DNA of 41,405 nucleotides from Candidatus Rokuibacteriota bacterium (GCA_044866005.1 JBIOTN010000014.1:1-41405); one strand, 5' to 3'; shown: positions 32,078 to 41,405, counted from the stretch's first letter. A program made the numbers and translations. Notes: a model not told the origin generated them from the letters alone.

Positions 32078-32769
32078 GACGGATCCGCGTCGTGACGTAC
32101 AACATCCACCGTGGCCGCGGTCTGGACGGGGCCGAGCGGCTGGACCGGATCATCGACGTGCTCGGCGAGGTGGATGCGGACATCGTCGCGCTCCAGGAGG
32201 TGCTGGCGCCACAGGCGGGTCTGCTGGCCGACGCGACCAGGATGCAGGTCGTGTTCGGCCCCACGCGCGTGCTGCCCCAGGGGCCCTACGGCAACCTCTG
32301 CCTGACACGGCTGCCGCTCGTCGCCCACCGCAGCTACAGCCTCACGTGCCGGCCCTTCGAGCCCCGGGGCTGCCTGCGGGCCGACGTGGACCACGGGGCC
32401 GGGCCGCTCCACATCTTCAACGTCCACCTGGGCCTTCGCTACAGCGAGCGCATCCGTCAGGTCCGGATGCTCTCCGGGATCGTGGCACGCGACAGCCTGG
32501 CCGGGCCGCGGCTGGTGGTGGGCGACTTCAACGAGTGGTTCAACGGCCACGCCTCGCGCCTGTTGCGGGCGGAGTTCGGCCACCCCTGCGGCCGGCGGCG
32601 AAGCTTCCGGACGCACCCGAGTCTCTTGCCCGTCTTCCCCCTGGACCGGATCTATCACGACCCGGCGGTCTGCCTGGAGCGCGTCCAGGTCCACCGGAGC
32701 CGCCTGGCCCGGGTGGCCTCGGATCATCTGCCGACCTACGCCGACCTGACCCTCGAGGTCGCGCAGTAG
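32074..32769 (+). CDS. Endonuclease/exonuclease/phosphatase (EEP, YbhP-like) family protein
   Basis: TYNIH, DIVALQEV, YGN, NVHLGL, GDFNEW, LDRIY, SDHLP; GTGA overlap with upstream gene. Confidence 0.92.
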   Translation: MRRIRVVTYNIHRGRGLDGAERLDRIIDVLGEVDADIVALQEVLAPQAGLLADATRMQVVFGPTRVLPQGPYGNLCLTRLPLVAHRSYSLTCRPFEPRGCLRADVDHGAGPLHIFNVHLGLRYSERIRQVRMLSGIVARDSLAGPRLVVGDFNEWFNGHASRLLRAEFGHPCGRRRSFRTHPSLLPVFPLDRIYHDPAVCLERVQVHRSRLARVASDHLPTYADLTLEVAQ

Positions 32770-32804
32770 GCCCCGCCAGCGCCCGCGTCCCCCGCCTCGG
32801 CGCG

Positions 32805-33365
32805 CTGGCGACGCCCGCGCCGGAGCTGGAGCCGGGGCGTCTGCGCTTCTGCCCGCTCTGCGGCGGGGCGCTCGCCAGCCGCACGGCCTCCGCCGAACGC
32901 CGCGAGCCGCCGGTTTGCGGGGGCTGCGGCTTCGTCTTCTACCTCTCCCCCAAGGTCGTCGCCGGGACGCTCCCCCTCCGCGACGGCCAGGTGCTGCTCA
33001 CTCGCCGGGCCATCGAGCCCGCGAGGGGCCTGTGGACCTTCCCCGGCGGCTACGTGGACTGGGGCGAGGACGTCCGGGACGCGGCTCGGCGCGAGACGCT
33101 CGAGGAAGTCGGCCTCGCGATCGAGCTCACGGGCTTGCTCGGCCTCTACTCGTACCCGGCCGCGCCCGTCGTGGTCGTGGTGTATCTCGCCGCGGTCCCC
33201 GAGGGCGCGATCCCTCGGCCCGAGACCAGCGAGGTGCTGGAGGCGGCGTACTTCGGACCCGCGGAGATCCCCTGGGCCGCGCTCGCGTTTCCGAGCACGC
33301 GGGACGCGCTGCGAGACTGGGCGGCGAGCCTCCGGCCGGGCGGCGGCCCGAGCCGGGGCCTCTGA
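32805..33365 (+). CDS. Zinc-ribbon NUDIX hydrolase (start uncertain; CTG assumed)
   Basis: FCPLCG...CGGCG zinc ribbon; Nudix box PGGYVDWGEDVRDAARRETLEEVG; IPWAALAFPS. Confidence 0.88.
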   Translation: MATPAPELEPGRLRFCPLCGGALASRTASAERREPPVCGGCGFVFYLSPKVVAGTLPLRDGQVLLTRRAIEPARGLWTFPGGYVDWGEDVRDAARRETLEEVGLAIELTGLLGLYSYPAAPVVVVVYLAAVPEGAIPRPETSEVLEAAYFGPAEIPWAALAFPSTRDALRDWAASLRPGGGPSRGL

Positions 33366-33448
33366 CGCCGGCGGGGGAGTTGCGGTATAGTAAGGGTCGG
33401 GGGAGGAGCTGCCGAGTCCCTCCGGGACTCGCCTCGGCGGAGGTGGCC

Positions 33449-33991
33449 ATGAAGAAGGTCGGCGTCATCGTCCTGGTCGGGCTCCTGCTCGTTCCCGTCC
33501 TTGCGGTCCCCGCGAGCGCGGGTGCCTTTCGTCACACCGGCTTCCGCCATGGCGGCTTCCACCACCACCGTCACTTCGGGGGCGGCGCCTTCTTCTTCGG
33601 GCTCGGCGTCGGGGCCCTGCTGACCGCGCCCCTGTGGTACCCGCCGGCCTACGCCTACCCCTACCCCGTGTACTATCCATACCCGGCATATGCGTACCCG
33701 GCGTACAGCTATCCGACCTACGCGCCGAGCTACCCGGCGCCGCCCGCGTACACGCCGCCGTCGTCCACGAGCCCCACGCCCCAGCCGCTCTACCCCGCGC
33801 CTCCGGGTGGCGCGGAGGCGGCGCCGCCCCCGTCGGGCGCCGCCCCGCCAGCCGCGCCGCCACCGCCGCAGGCATCGAGCCAGAACTGCCAGACCGCCTG
33901 GGTCGAAGGGCACTACGAGACGCGCGTGATGGCCAACGGCCAGCGCCTCACGATCTGGGTGCCCGGCCAGAACCAGCAAATCTGTCAGTAG
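33449..33991 (+). CDS. Secreted Gly/His- and Pro/Tyr-rich low-complexity protein (180 aa)
   Basis: RBS GGAGGT; signal peptide; FRHGGFHHHRHFGGG; YPYP repeats; C-terminal CQTAWVEGHYE...WVPG...CQ; upstream TATAGT. Confidence 0.8.
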   Translation: MKKVGVIVLVGLLLVPVLAVPASAGAFRHTGFRHGGFHHHRHFGGGAFFFGLGVGALLTAPLWYPPAYAYPYPVYYPYPAYAYPAYSYPTYAPSYPAPPAYTPPSSTSPTPQPLYPAPPGGAEAAPPPSGAAPPAAPPPPQASSQNCQTAWVEGHYETRVMANGQRLTIWVPGQNQQICQ

Positions 33992-34134
33992 GCTGGCGCG
34001 GCCGGCGCCGCTTCGCCGCTGGCCCACGTCCGCGCGGACCGCGGCGCATCAGCCCGTCGCCTCCGCGCGCATGGGGAAGCCCCGGGGGGCGGGGCGGCCA
34101 GTGAGGCCGCCCCGTGTGAAGAGCTCGCCTCGAT

Positions 34135-35904
34135 CTACTTCCTGCTGATCCTCCAGATCACGCCGGTGCCCGGAATCTGGACGAGCGGCGCATCGGCGGC
34201 GACGTTGAACTTGCTGCCGGGCGTGGCCCGGCCGAAGTCCCGGACGGCCCCGAAATCCACCAGGTAGAACGCGCCGTCCGGCCCGAACTTGCCGTCGACG
34301 GGGCGGTTGATCCCGTGAATCTGCGCGACGAACGCCTGGTCGGCGGCCTGGGTGCACCGTTTGCGGCCGTCACTGTCGCTGACCTGGTTGGCCTGCGTAC
34401 AGTTGAAGGCGAACCGCTCGAGTGAGATGTTGCCGTCACTGAGGAACTGGACCCGCTCGATGTCGTGGCCTTCGATCGGTGTCCCGTTCTTCGGAGAGAA
34501 GCCAAAGTCGCCTTCCCGGGTCACGAGGGCGTCACCCGTGTCGACGGTCGCGCCCGGGTTGCCGCCGCCCGCGAACGCCGACGGGGCGAAGTCGAGCCCG
34601 ACGGCGGCGACGTCCGTGGGTTCGATCCCGAGCGGCGCCACCGGCGGCTGCGGCGGAAACAGGAGGGTGGGGAGGACCGGCTTCCCGGCGGCGCACGCCT
34701 CACAGTCATCCGCTGGTCCACCGATCGGAGTGAAGATGGCCTGCGTCGAGTTCAGGAAACCGAAGCGGTCCGGCCAGCCGTGATAGTCGAGCCCGCCGCG
34801 CGTCACCTGCAGGCGGTCGGGCGACTGGTTGGTCGGCCGGGCGCCGCGCTCGTCCTCGCCGTTTTCGGTCACGAGGAGGGCGCCTGCGAGCGCATGGCTC
34901 GACGGTGCGAAGCGGATGCCGAACGGATTGCGGTAGCCCCAGGATATCGGCTCCACCGTGTTCTGAGGATCGCTCAGCGAGGCCCGCAGGATCGCGCCGC
35001 TGCACATCCCGGCCTGGCTGGCCCCGGTGAAGGCGGGCACGACCTGGCCTGCCACGCCCGGCACCCCGTGCGGCAGGAAGGCCCCTGTCACGTGGCCGTC
35101 GCCGGAGTCGGAATTGTTGCCGCTCAGGACGACGTCTTGGCACGGGATCTCGTGTTGAGTGCCGGTCTCGTCGTCAGGGGGGCCGCCCACCGGGGCGCCG
35201 TTGTCATGCCCGACGACCCCGGAGTTGGTCACCGAGCCCTGCGACCAGACGATGAAGCCACCGTTGACGGTGACCTGCTCGGTCGGATGGTCACCCGTCG
35301 GCAGCCCGACGATCAGCTCGGTCAGGTTGCCGTTCTTGGGATCCAGCTCCACGATGCGCGAGGAGTTCTTCGGGCCGAGCGCGCCCCGCACGCCCTGGCG
35401 TGAATCGGTGACGATCAGCCGACCTCCATCGAACCCATTCTCGAAGGTGACCCCGATGGTCGGGGCGTGCAGGAAGGCGGGGTCTTCCCGCACCGCAACC
35501 GAGGTGGGCCGCCCCAGGGTGCGAATCGTCTTGCCGTTGGTGTTCAGTACCCGGACCTGGGGCAGGAAAGGATTCTTGACGTCCGGGGTCGGATAGCCCT
35601 CCGCCGCGTTGCAGCGCCCGGGCAGCGAGGTGCCCGCCTCCGTCACGAAGACCTCGAACCCTTTACCCACCTTCCGGAAGGCGATGTTCGTCGGGAAGTT
35701 CAGGCCGGAGGCGAACACCTCGACCTGATAGCCGGGCGGGACGATGATGTCCTGAGCTTTTCCAGGGTCAAAGAAGACATCCTCGCCGGGGCAGGCGGCG
35801 TTCGCCGCCGTCTGCGCCGAAGCCGGTGGGGCACCCGGGACGATGCCGACTGCGAGGACCAGCAGCGGCCAGGGTCCAAAGCGAGCCATAACTCCCGACA
35901 CCAT
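34135..35904 (-). CDS. Secreted glucose/sorbosone dehydrogenase-like beta-propeller protein (589 aa)
   Basis: Signal peptide; VPPGYQVEVFASGLNFPT, LPTGDH, GYRNPFGIRF, ENGEDERGARP, GWPDRFG, RPVDGKFGPDGAFYLVDFG; RBS GAGGAG. Confidence 0.8.
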   Translation of the reverse strand: MVSGVMARFGPWPLLVLAVGIVPGAPPASAQTAANAACPGEDVFFDPGKAQDIIVPPGYQVEVFASGLNFPTNIAFRKVGKGFEVFVTEAGTSLPGRCNAAEGYPTPDVKNPFLPQVRVLNTNGKTIRTLGRPTSVAVREDPAFLHAPTIGVTFENGFDGGRLIVTDSRQGVRGALGPKNSSRIVELDPKNGNLTELIVGLPTGDHPTEQVTVNGGFIVWSQGSVTNSGVVGHDNGAPVGGPPDDETGTQHEIPCQDVVLSGNNSDSGDGHVTGAFLPHGVPGVAGQVVPAFTGASQAGMCSGAILRASLSDPQNTVEPISWGYRNPFGIRFAPSSHALAGALLVTENGEDERGARPTNQSPDRLQVTRGGLDYHGWPDRFGFLNSTQAIFTPIGGPADDCEACAAGKPVLPTLLFPPQPPVAPLGIEPTDVAAVGLDFAPSAFAGGGNPGATVDTGDALVTREGDFGFSPKNGTPIEGHDIERVQFLSDGNISLERFAFNCTQANQVSDSDGRKRCTQAADQAFVAQIHGINRPVDGKFGPDGAFYLVDFGAVRDFGRATPGSKFNVAADAPLVQIPGTGVIWRISRK

Positions 35905-36146
35905 TGTCAACTCTCCTCTGGCGTCCGTCCCGACGAGGGCACGCCGCGTCGGTGGCGCCATTCGACACTGCTGCCCGCCTTGAGGCTTGCGACCGTGGCG
36001 GATCTTCGGGAGGGCGAGCGGGGCGGCGCCCGCGCCCGGGGTCCCCGGCAATCGCCGGGGGCCGACCAGCGGGCCGGCTGTTCGAGGACCGACTGGGACA
36101 TGGTCCCTCCCGCGGGCGCAGACGGCACGGAGACGTGGCACGCGCG

Positions 36147-36162
36147 AGCAATTCCCGTACCG
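36147..36162 (-). promoter_or_regulatory. Candidate sigma-54 promoter for the beta-propeller gene
   Basis: CGGTACG-GGAA-TTGCT, GG-N10-GC spacing. Confidence 0.45.
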
Positions 36163-36344
36163 GTGCCGACCCGTCGGGCGCAAGGTCGAGAAGATGAGGC
36201 CTTGGCCGCAAGGTCTTGCCTCTAGAGACCGAGGAGCGTTGGACGATGGACGTTGACGATCCGCGATCGAACACAGCGGCGCGTGGATGTCCGACGAGAG
36301 TTCAGCCTGGACTTGCCGCATCGGCCCACGGCATGCTGCAGCGC

Positions 36345-37577
36345 ATGGGGACCGGGCGGTGGTGGCGGCTCGCGCGGGAACCGCGCTGGACCGCGCTCGG
36401 CGCCTCCTTCCTGACGCTCGTCCTCGTCCAGGGCGCGACCTACAGCTACCCCGTCTTCCTGGTCCCGCTGGCGATCGAGTTCGGCGGCCTCCGCGGCGTC
36501 GCGGCCTCCGTGTTGTCGCTGCACAACCTCGTGGTGGGCATCACCGCGACCGCCGTGGATCCGCTCATGGCGCGGCTCGGCGAGCGCCGCGTCCTCCTCG
36601 GCGGAAGCCTGGTCCTGGGCGCGGGTGTCGCGCTCACGGGCACGGCCCGGTCGCCGCTCGGGCTCGTCCTCTGGTTCAGCCTCGTGGCCGGCCTCGGTGC
36701 CGGCGTCCTCGGCAGCGTGGCGCAGACCGTGATGCTGAGCCGCTGGTTCCCGACGGCGCGGGGCACCGTGGTGGGGCTCGCGCTGTCGGGCATGGGGATC
36801 GGGATGTTCCTCTTCGCCCCGTTCAGCGCGCTCCTCATCGGATCGCTCGGCTGGCGCGGCGCGTTCGCCGTGATCGGCGTGACGACCGCCTTCTTCCTCC
36901 TGCCTACCACCGCGCTGACGCCGCGCGTGCCGCCCGAGCCCACGCGGTGGACCGCGGCGGCCGAGGCCCGGCCGGGCGAGCCGCGGCTGCGAGCGATCCT
37001 CGCGACGTTCCGGTTCTGGTGCTTCGCCGGCGCCTTCTTCTTCACGCCTGTCTCGAACTTCATGGTGACGACCCACCAGGTCGCCGCGGTGACGGAGGCC
37101 GGCGTCGATCCCGGGTGGGCCGCGGCGGCCTTCGGCATGGTGGGCCTGCTCTCGGGCGTCGGGCGCGCGGGGTTCGGGGCGCTCTCCGATCGGTGGGGGC
37201 GGGTGCCGGCGGCGCTCACGAGCTACCTGTCCACGGCGGCCGGCACGCTCGCGCTCTCGGTGATGACGCCCGGCGGCCCCGGCTGGCTCCTCTACGCCTT
37301 CATCCTGCCCTTCGGGCTGACGCTCGGCGCGCGCGGCCCTATCGTCGCCGCGCTGGCGGCCGACGTCTACCGGGGGCGCAGCTACGGCACGGTGCTCGGC
37401 CTCATCACGTTCGGCAATCGCCTCGGGTCGGCGGTCGGCCCCTGGCTCGGCGGCGTGCTCTACGACCTGACCGGAAGCTATCGCCCCGCCTTCGCCGTCG
37501 CGATCGTCGCGCTCATGGTGGCCGCGGTCGCGCTCGTGGGCGCCGCGCGGCCCGGGGGGGGCCGGCCGGGGCCGTAG
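36345..37577 (+). CDS. MFS transporter (OFA/monocarboxylate-like); alternative start at 36333
   Basis: About 12 TM helices; RLGERRV, WFPTARG, GALSDRWGR, GGVLYDLTGSY. Confidence 0.9.
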   Translation: MGTGRWWRLAREPRWTALGASFLTLVLVQGATYSYPVFLVPLAIEFGGLRGVAASVLSLHNLVVGITATAVDPLMARLGERRVLLGGSLVLGAGVALTGTARSPLGLVLWFSLVAGLGAGVLGSVAQTVMLSRWFPTARGTVVGLALSGMGIGMFLFAPFSALLIGSLGWRGAFAVIGVTTAFFLLPTTALTPRVPPEPTRWTAAAEARPGEPRLRAILATFRFWCFAGAFFFTPVSNFMVTTHQVAAVTEAGVDPGWAAAAFGMVGLLSGVGRAGFGALSDRWGRVPAALTSYLSTAAGTLALSVMTPGGPGWLLYAFILPFGLTLGARGPIVAALAADVYRGRSYGTVLGLITFGNRLGSAVGPWLGGVLYDLTGSYRPAFAVAIVALMVAAVALVGAARPGGGRPGP

Positions 37578-37627
37578 CTCGCGTCGAGGCGGGGGGCGCC
37601 GTCCGCGCGGCGTTCCGCGCGTCCCCT

Positions 37628-37659
37628 GCGCCCCAACGCCGCGTGGGGCCGCTTTTTTT
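37628..37659 (+). terminator. Rho-independent terminator after the MFS gene
   Basis: GCCCCA/TGGGGC stem followed by CGC and T7. Confidence 0.6.
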
Positions 37660-37764
37660 ACTGGATCGGACCGCGGCGCCCGTAGTACAAGCATGGCACC
37701 GCCCCGGCCCCCCGAGCCGGGGATGCGCGGCTGCCGCTCTCAGCGGAGCCGGGGAGGGGCCGGA

Positions 37765-39465
37765 GTGCCGTCCTGGGAACAGAGCGTCTCCACCGTCCTG
37801 CATCTCTTCCGGCTGGACCGGATCAAGAGCAAGGTCCTCGTCTTCTTGCTCGTGGCGACGTTGATCCCGGCCTTGACGATGGGGTGGCAGTCCTACCTCC
37901 TCAACCAGCGGTTCGTGACGGAGAAGATCTCGGAAGAGCTGCGCAACGCGACCTTCCACACGGTCCGCGAGGTGACCCTCTGGCTGAAGGAGCGCCTCTA
38001 CGAGATGCGCGTCTTCTCCAGCTCCTACGAGGTGACGGAGAACCTCGAGGCGGTCTTCCGCACCCCGGGCGCCTCGGCCCGGACGGCGGTGGCCCAGCGC
38101 CGGCTGACCGAGTACCTGAGATCGGTCCGGGAGAAGTTCGCCGACTACGAGGAGCTGATGGTCCTGGATCCCGGGGGCGCGGTGCTGTTCACCAGCGCCG
38201 AGACGGCCAGCGTCCCGAAACTGCCGGCCGGCTGGCTCAACCAGGCCCAGGCCGAGGGCGCCATCGTGGGCGAGGCGTACTGGGACCCGACCCGGCAGCG
38301 GCGGCTGCTCGTGACCGCGGTGCCGATCAAGACCGCGAACGGGCGCTTCCTCGGGCTGCTGGCGGCGAAGCTCAACCTCACCACCGTCGAGACGATCCTC
38401 AAGCACGTCGCCCTCGACCGCCCCGGGGAGGCCTATCTCGTCGGCCCGGACGGCACGCTGCTGGCGACGGCGCGCGGCGCGAGCGCGGCCGCCGCGCAGC
38501 TCGCGCTGCCGCCCGACACGGCCCGGGCCCTCTTCGGAGGCGAGGACGCGCTGCTCCCGTACGACAACGCCTTCGGCACGCCGGTGATCGGCGGCCTCAA
38601 GCCCATCACCCAGCTCGGCTGGGGCGCGGTGGCCGAGATCCCGCGCGCGGTGGCCTACGCGCAGGTGGCGCGGGTTCGAAACCTCATGGTCTTGATGGTC
38701 GGAAGCCTCATCCTCGGCATCGGGCTCACCGCCTACCTCCTCGGCCTGACGATCGTGCCTCCGCTCGACCGGCTGAGCACGGCGGCGACCCGGGTGGCCG
38801 CCGGCGATCTCGACGTGACGCTGCCGATCGTGGGCCACGGCGAGCTCGGCCACATGACCCAGGTGTTCAACGACATGGTGATGCGCCTCCGGCAGGGACG
38901 GGAAGAGCTGGGCGCCGCGAACCTGGCCCTGAGCGAGAAGAACCAGGAGCTTCAGAAGCTCTCCGTCACCGACGGCCTCACCGGGCTCTACAACCGGCGC
39001 CACCTGATCGAGGCGCTCACGAGCGAGGCCGCCCGGGCGCGGCGACTCCGCCACACGTTTTCCCTCGTCATGATCGACATCGACCACTTCAAGCATTACA
39101 ACGATACCTATGGACACGTCGCGGGCGATCGGCTGCTGAGCCGGATCGCCACCGTCTTCAAGGACTCCATCCGGAACATCGACTACGCGGCTCGATACGG
39201 CGGCGAGGAATTCATGCTCGTGCTGCACGAGGTCGGGCCGGAGGGGGCGATGCAGGCCGCCGAGCGGCTCCGGGCGCGTGTGGCGAGCGAGCGGTTCGGG
39301 GACGCGCAGGTGCAGATCACCGTGAGCATCGGTGTGGCGGCGTTCCCGGAGCACGGCGACGCGCCGGAGGCGCTGATCACCGCGGCCGACGCCGCGCTCT
39401 ACGAGGCGAAGAAGGGCGGACGGAACCGGGTGGCGCGCGCGCCCGCCGACCCCCGGCCCGCCTGA
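37765..39465 (+). CDS. Membrane diguanylate cyclase (TM, Cache-like sensor, TM, HAMP, GGDEF); alternative start at 37693
   Basis: TDGLTGLYNRR, DIDHFKHYNDTYGH, I-site RNID, active site RYGGEEF, ADAALYEAKKGGRNR. Confidence 0.93.
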   Translation: MPSWEQSVSTVLHLFRLDRIKSKVLVFLLVATLIPALTMGWQSYLLNQRFVTEKISEELRNATFHTVREVTLWLKERLYEMRVFSSSYEVTENLEAVFRTPGASARTAVAQRRLTEYLRSVREKFADYEELMVLDPGGAVLFTSAETASVPKLPAGWLNQAQAEGAIVGEAYWDPTRQRRLLVTAVPIKTANGRFLGLLAAKLNLTTVETILKHVALDRPGEAYLVGPDGTLLATARGASAAAAQLALPPDTARALFGGEDALLPYDNAFGTPVIGGLKPITQLGWGAVAEIPRAVAYAQVARVRNLMVLMVGSLILGIGLTAYLLGLTIVPPLDRLSTAATRVAAGDLDVTLPIVGHGELGHMTQVFNDMVMRLRQGREELGAANLALSEKNQELQKLSVTDGLTGLYNRRHLIEALTSEAARARRLRHTFSLVMIDIDHFKHYNDTYGHVAGDRLLSRIATVFKDSIRNIDYAARYGGEEFMLVLHEVGPEGAMQAAERLRARVASERFGDAQVQITVSIGVAAFPEHGDAPEALITAADAALYEAKKGGRNRVARAPADPRPA

Positions 39466-39495
39466 GCAAGCCCGCGCCGCAGGCGCGGGCCGCGC

Positions 39496-40335
39496 TCAGC
39501 GCTGGCCTACCAGGTTGTAGAAGATCCAGCCCGAGCGCCCGTCGTCGCGTCGCACCCGGACCCACTGGCCCTTGTACGAGTGGCCGGTGATCGCCGTGCC
39601 TTCCTCCACCACGAAGACGACCTTGTAACCCGGCCCGGGGCCTTCCCGGATGTTGCTCTTGCCGAGCGCCCGGAGCGACAAGGGCAGGGCGAAGGGCACT
39701 TCGCCGTCCACCCGCGCCATCTGCTCGCTGCGGACGCGGTCCCGCTTGATCAAGTCTTTGGCCTGGGTGGCGAGGTAGAGCGCGCCGCCATAGTTCTCCT
39801 TCCGGAACTCGTCGGCGCCCATGTTCAGGAGCTGCTGCGCCTGCCGGAGCTCCGTGTCCCTCTCGTGGCTCGCGGCATCCTGCTGCAGGAGCTTCAGGGC
39901 GACCTCGGCCTCGGCGAGGTTCGAGGCGGCCTCGGCGCGGCTCTCCAGGCCCCGCAGCTTCGCCAGCGCCCGGACCACTTCGAGGATCGCCGCGTCGAGC
40001 TTCTGGTTCAGCACCCGGATCTGCGCGTCCCGCTCCAGGAGGAGCAGGTGGAGGCGGGCGAGGTCGTCCTCGAGGTCGCGATTGGCGGCGGTCTCCTTCC
40101 GGAGCGCCTCCTCGAGCTTCTGGCGTTCCCGCTCGAGCTGCTCGCGCTCCTTCCCGGGCCGCTCGCGGTCGCCGGACCCGGCAGCCGCCCGGCCGGTCGG
40201 CGCGCCCGTCCCGGGCTCCGGCGGGCGGCCGCCCGGGCGGAGTCCCGCGCAGGCCGCGAGCAGCATGGCCGCGGCGATCAGCGTGAGCGCCGGCGGACGC
40301 CAGGACCACGAGGCGCGCGCGATCCGGCTGGTCAA
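39496..40335 (-). CDS. Coiled-coil lipoprotein with C-terminal SH3b-like domain
   Basis: Lipobox LLAAC; long heptad region; NIREGPG...WVRVRRDDGRSGWIF. Confidence 0.8.
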   Translation of the reverse strand: MTSRIARASWSWRPPALTLIAAAMLLAACAGLRPGGRPPEPGTGAPTGRAAAGSGDRERPGKEREQLERERQKLEEALRKETAANRDLEDDLARLHLLLLERDAQIRVLNQKLDAAILEVVRALAKLRGLESRAEAASNLAEAEVALKLLQQDAASHERDTELRQAQQLLNMGADEFRKENYGGALYLATQAKDLIKRDRVRSEQMARVDGEVPFALPLSLRALGKSNIREGPGPGYKVVFVVEEGTAITGHSYKGQWVRVRRDDGRSGWIFYNLVGQR

Positions 40336-40370
40336 AGTGGTCCGAGTCTAGGCGAGCGGCCGAGTCCCCG

Positions 40371-41405
40371 TCAACTTTCCCCGGCGAGGCGGAGGGCGGC
40401 GTGGAGGAGCACGTTCGCGCCGTGCTCGATGTCGTCGAAGTGGGTGGCCTCTTCCTCGCAATGGCTCTTGCCGCCGATGGAGGGGACGAACACCATGCCG
40501 GTCGGGCAGATCGTGGCCATGTGCTGGGCGTCGTGGCCGGCGCCCGACAGCATGCGGCGGTGGCCCACCTCGAGCGCCTTCGCCGCCTCCTCCACGGCAG
40601 AGACCACCTCGGTGTCGAAGCGCGTCAGCGGCACGCGCATGAGCGGCGCGTACTCGACCCGGACGCCCTCCGCGGCGGCCGCGTCACGGACCGCGATCTC
40701 GAGATCGGCGAGCGCCTGGTCGAGAAGGGCCTCGTCCGGCGCCCGGAGGTCGGTCGTCAGGACGACCTTCCCGGGGATCGCGTTGACGATGTTCGGGTGG
40801 ACGTCGAGCCACCCCACGGTCCCGACCATGTCGCGGCCGATCTCGAGCGGGATGTGCCGGACGGCCTTCACGAGGTCGGCGGCGGCCACGAGCGCGTCGT
40901 GGCGCCCGCGCATGGGGGTCGGCCCCGCGTGGTCCTGGACGCCGTGAAAGGTCACCCGACCCCAGGCGATGCCGACGATGCCTTCGACCACGCCGACCGG
41001 GAGCCCCGCCTCCTCGAGGAACGGTCCCTGCTCGATGTGGAGCTCGAGGTAGGCGCGGAGCGGGCGGGCGGCGCAGGGCTCGGGACCGAGGTATCCGATC
41101 CGCTCGAGCTCGTCCACCAGCCGGATGCCGTGGCGGTCGCGCTGGTTGTAGGCGTCCTCGAGCGAGACCTTGCCTGCCATGACCGCGGAGCCGAGCATGG
41201 CCGGCTGGAAGCGCGCCCCTTCTTCGTTGGTGAAGATGGCGAGCTCGACCGGGTGCCGGGTCCGGACCCTCGCGTCGCCGAGGGCGCGGATGGCCTCGAG
41301 CGCGCAGACGACCCCGAGCGCGCCGTCGAAGCGGCCCCCGGTCGGGACCGAGTCCACGTGCGATCCCATGACGACGGGTGGGAGCGCCTCGCTTCCCGGC
41401 GCGGC
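40371..41405 (-). CDS. M20-family Zn-dependent amidohydrolase (allantoate / N-carbamoyl-L-amino-acid hydrolase type); 5' end lies outside the window
   Basis: GSHVDSVPTGGRFDG, NEEGARF, ELHIEQG, HAGPTPM, SGAGHDA, GKSHC. Confidence 0.93.
   Translation of the reverse strand, partial: AAPGSEALPPVVMGSHVDSVPTGGRFDGALGVVCALEAIRALGDARVRTRHPVELAIFTNEEGARFQPAMLGSAVMAGKVSLEDAYNQRDRHGIRLVDELERIGYLGPEPCAARPLRAYLELHIEQGPFLEEAGLPVGVVEGIVGIAWGRVTFHGVQDHAGPTPMRGRHDALVAAADLVKAVRHIPLEIGRDMVGTVGWLDVHPNIVNAIPGKVVLTTDLRAPDEALLDQALADLEIAVRDAAAAEGVRVEYAPLMRVPLTRFDTEVVSAVEEAAKALEVGHRRMLSGAGHDAQHMATICPTGMVFVPSIGGKSHCEEEATHFDDIEHGANVLLHAALRLAGES

Noticed and set aside
35975..36010. GGTCGCAAGCC resembling part of a c-di-GMP-I riboswitch
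   Set aside because: The upstream GGCAAA/GNRA P1-P2 elements are not present
36136..36150. Plus-strand TGGCACGCGCGAGCA as a sigma-54 promoter for the MFS gene
   Set aside because: GG-to-GC spacing is 9 nt instead of the required 10
1..41405. tRNA (including tRNA-Sec), rRNA, selA/selB/selD, transposases, integrases, defence systems
   Set aside because: None recognisable by eye in this window; the Sec machinery must be elsewhere if the selenoprotein calls are right

Overview
Very GC-rich bacterial chromosomal segment. GC is above about 70% by eye, and the gene content and repeat style suggest Ca. Rokubacteria/Methylomirabilota (inference only). It holds about 42 genes, mostly metabolic or transport: HtrA, two crotonases, an NMT1/SsuA-type ABC transporter, TctCBA, an RraA-like aldolase, two aminotransferases, a CaiB CoA-transferase, SDRs, UxaA, TrkA, phosphoesterases, an MFS transporter, a diguanylate cyclase and an M20 hydrolase. 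I found no rRNA, tRNA or CRISPR array. Main hidden features: (1) Two coupled genes each have an in-frame UGA with a hairpin starting 11 nt downstream. One is a two-domain thioredoxin-fold oxidoreductase with a U-P-Y-C motif (12706-13365). The other is an unannotated small membrane protein, GVPT-U-G (13362-13568), a candidate new selenoprotein. (2) A 455-aa LAGLIDADG intein sits inside the CxxxCxxC motif of an AmmeMemoRadiSam radical-SAM enzyme and creates a C(-3)xxC1 potential redox trap. (3) An amt-porin-ANTAR operon has an NtrC-like box, a sigma-54 promoter and an ANTAR-type hairpin inside a terminator-like stem; its regulator lacks the phospho-acceptor Asp. (4) A frameshifted, internally deleted methylglyoxal synthase (mgsA) pseudogene is not recognisable as one gene in the ORF track. 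(5) There are two copies of a structured REP-like element and several probable leaderless genes.
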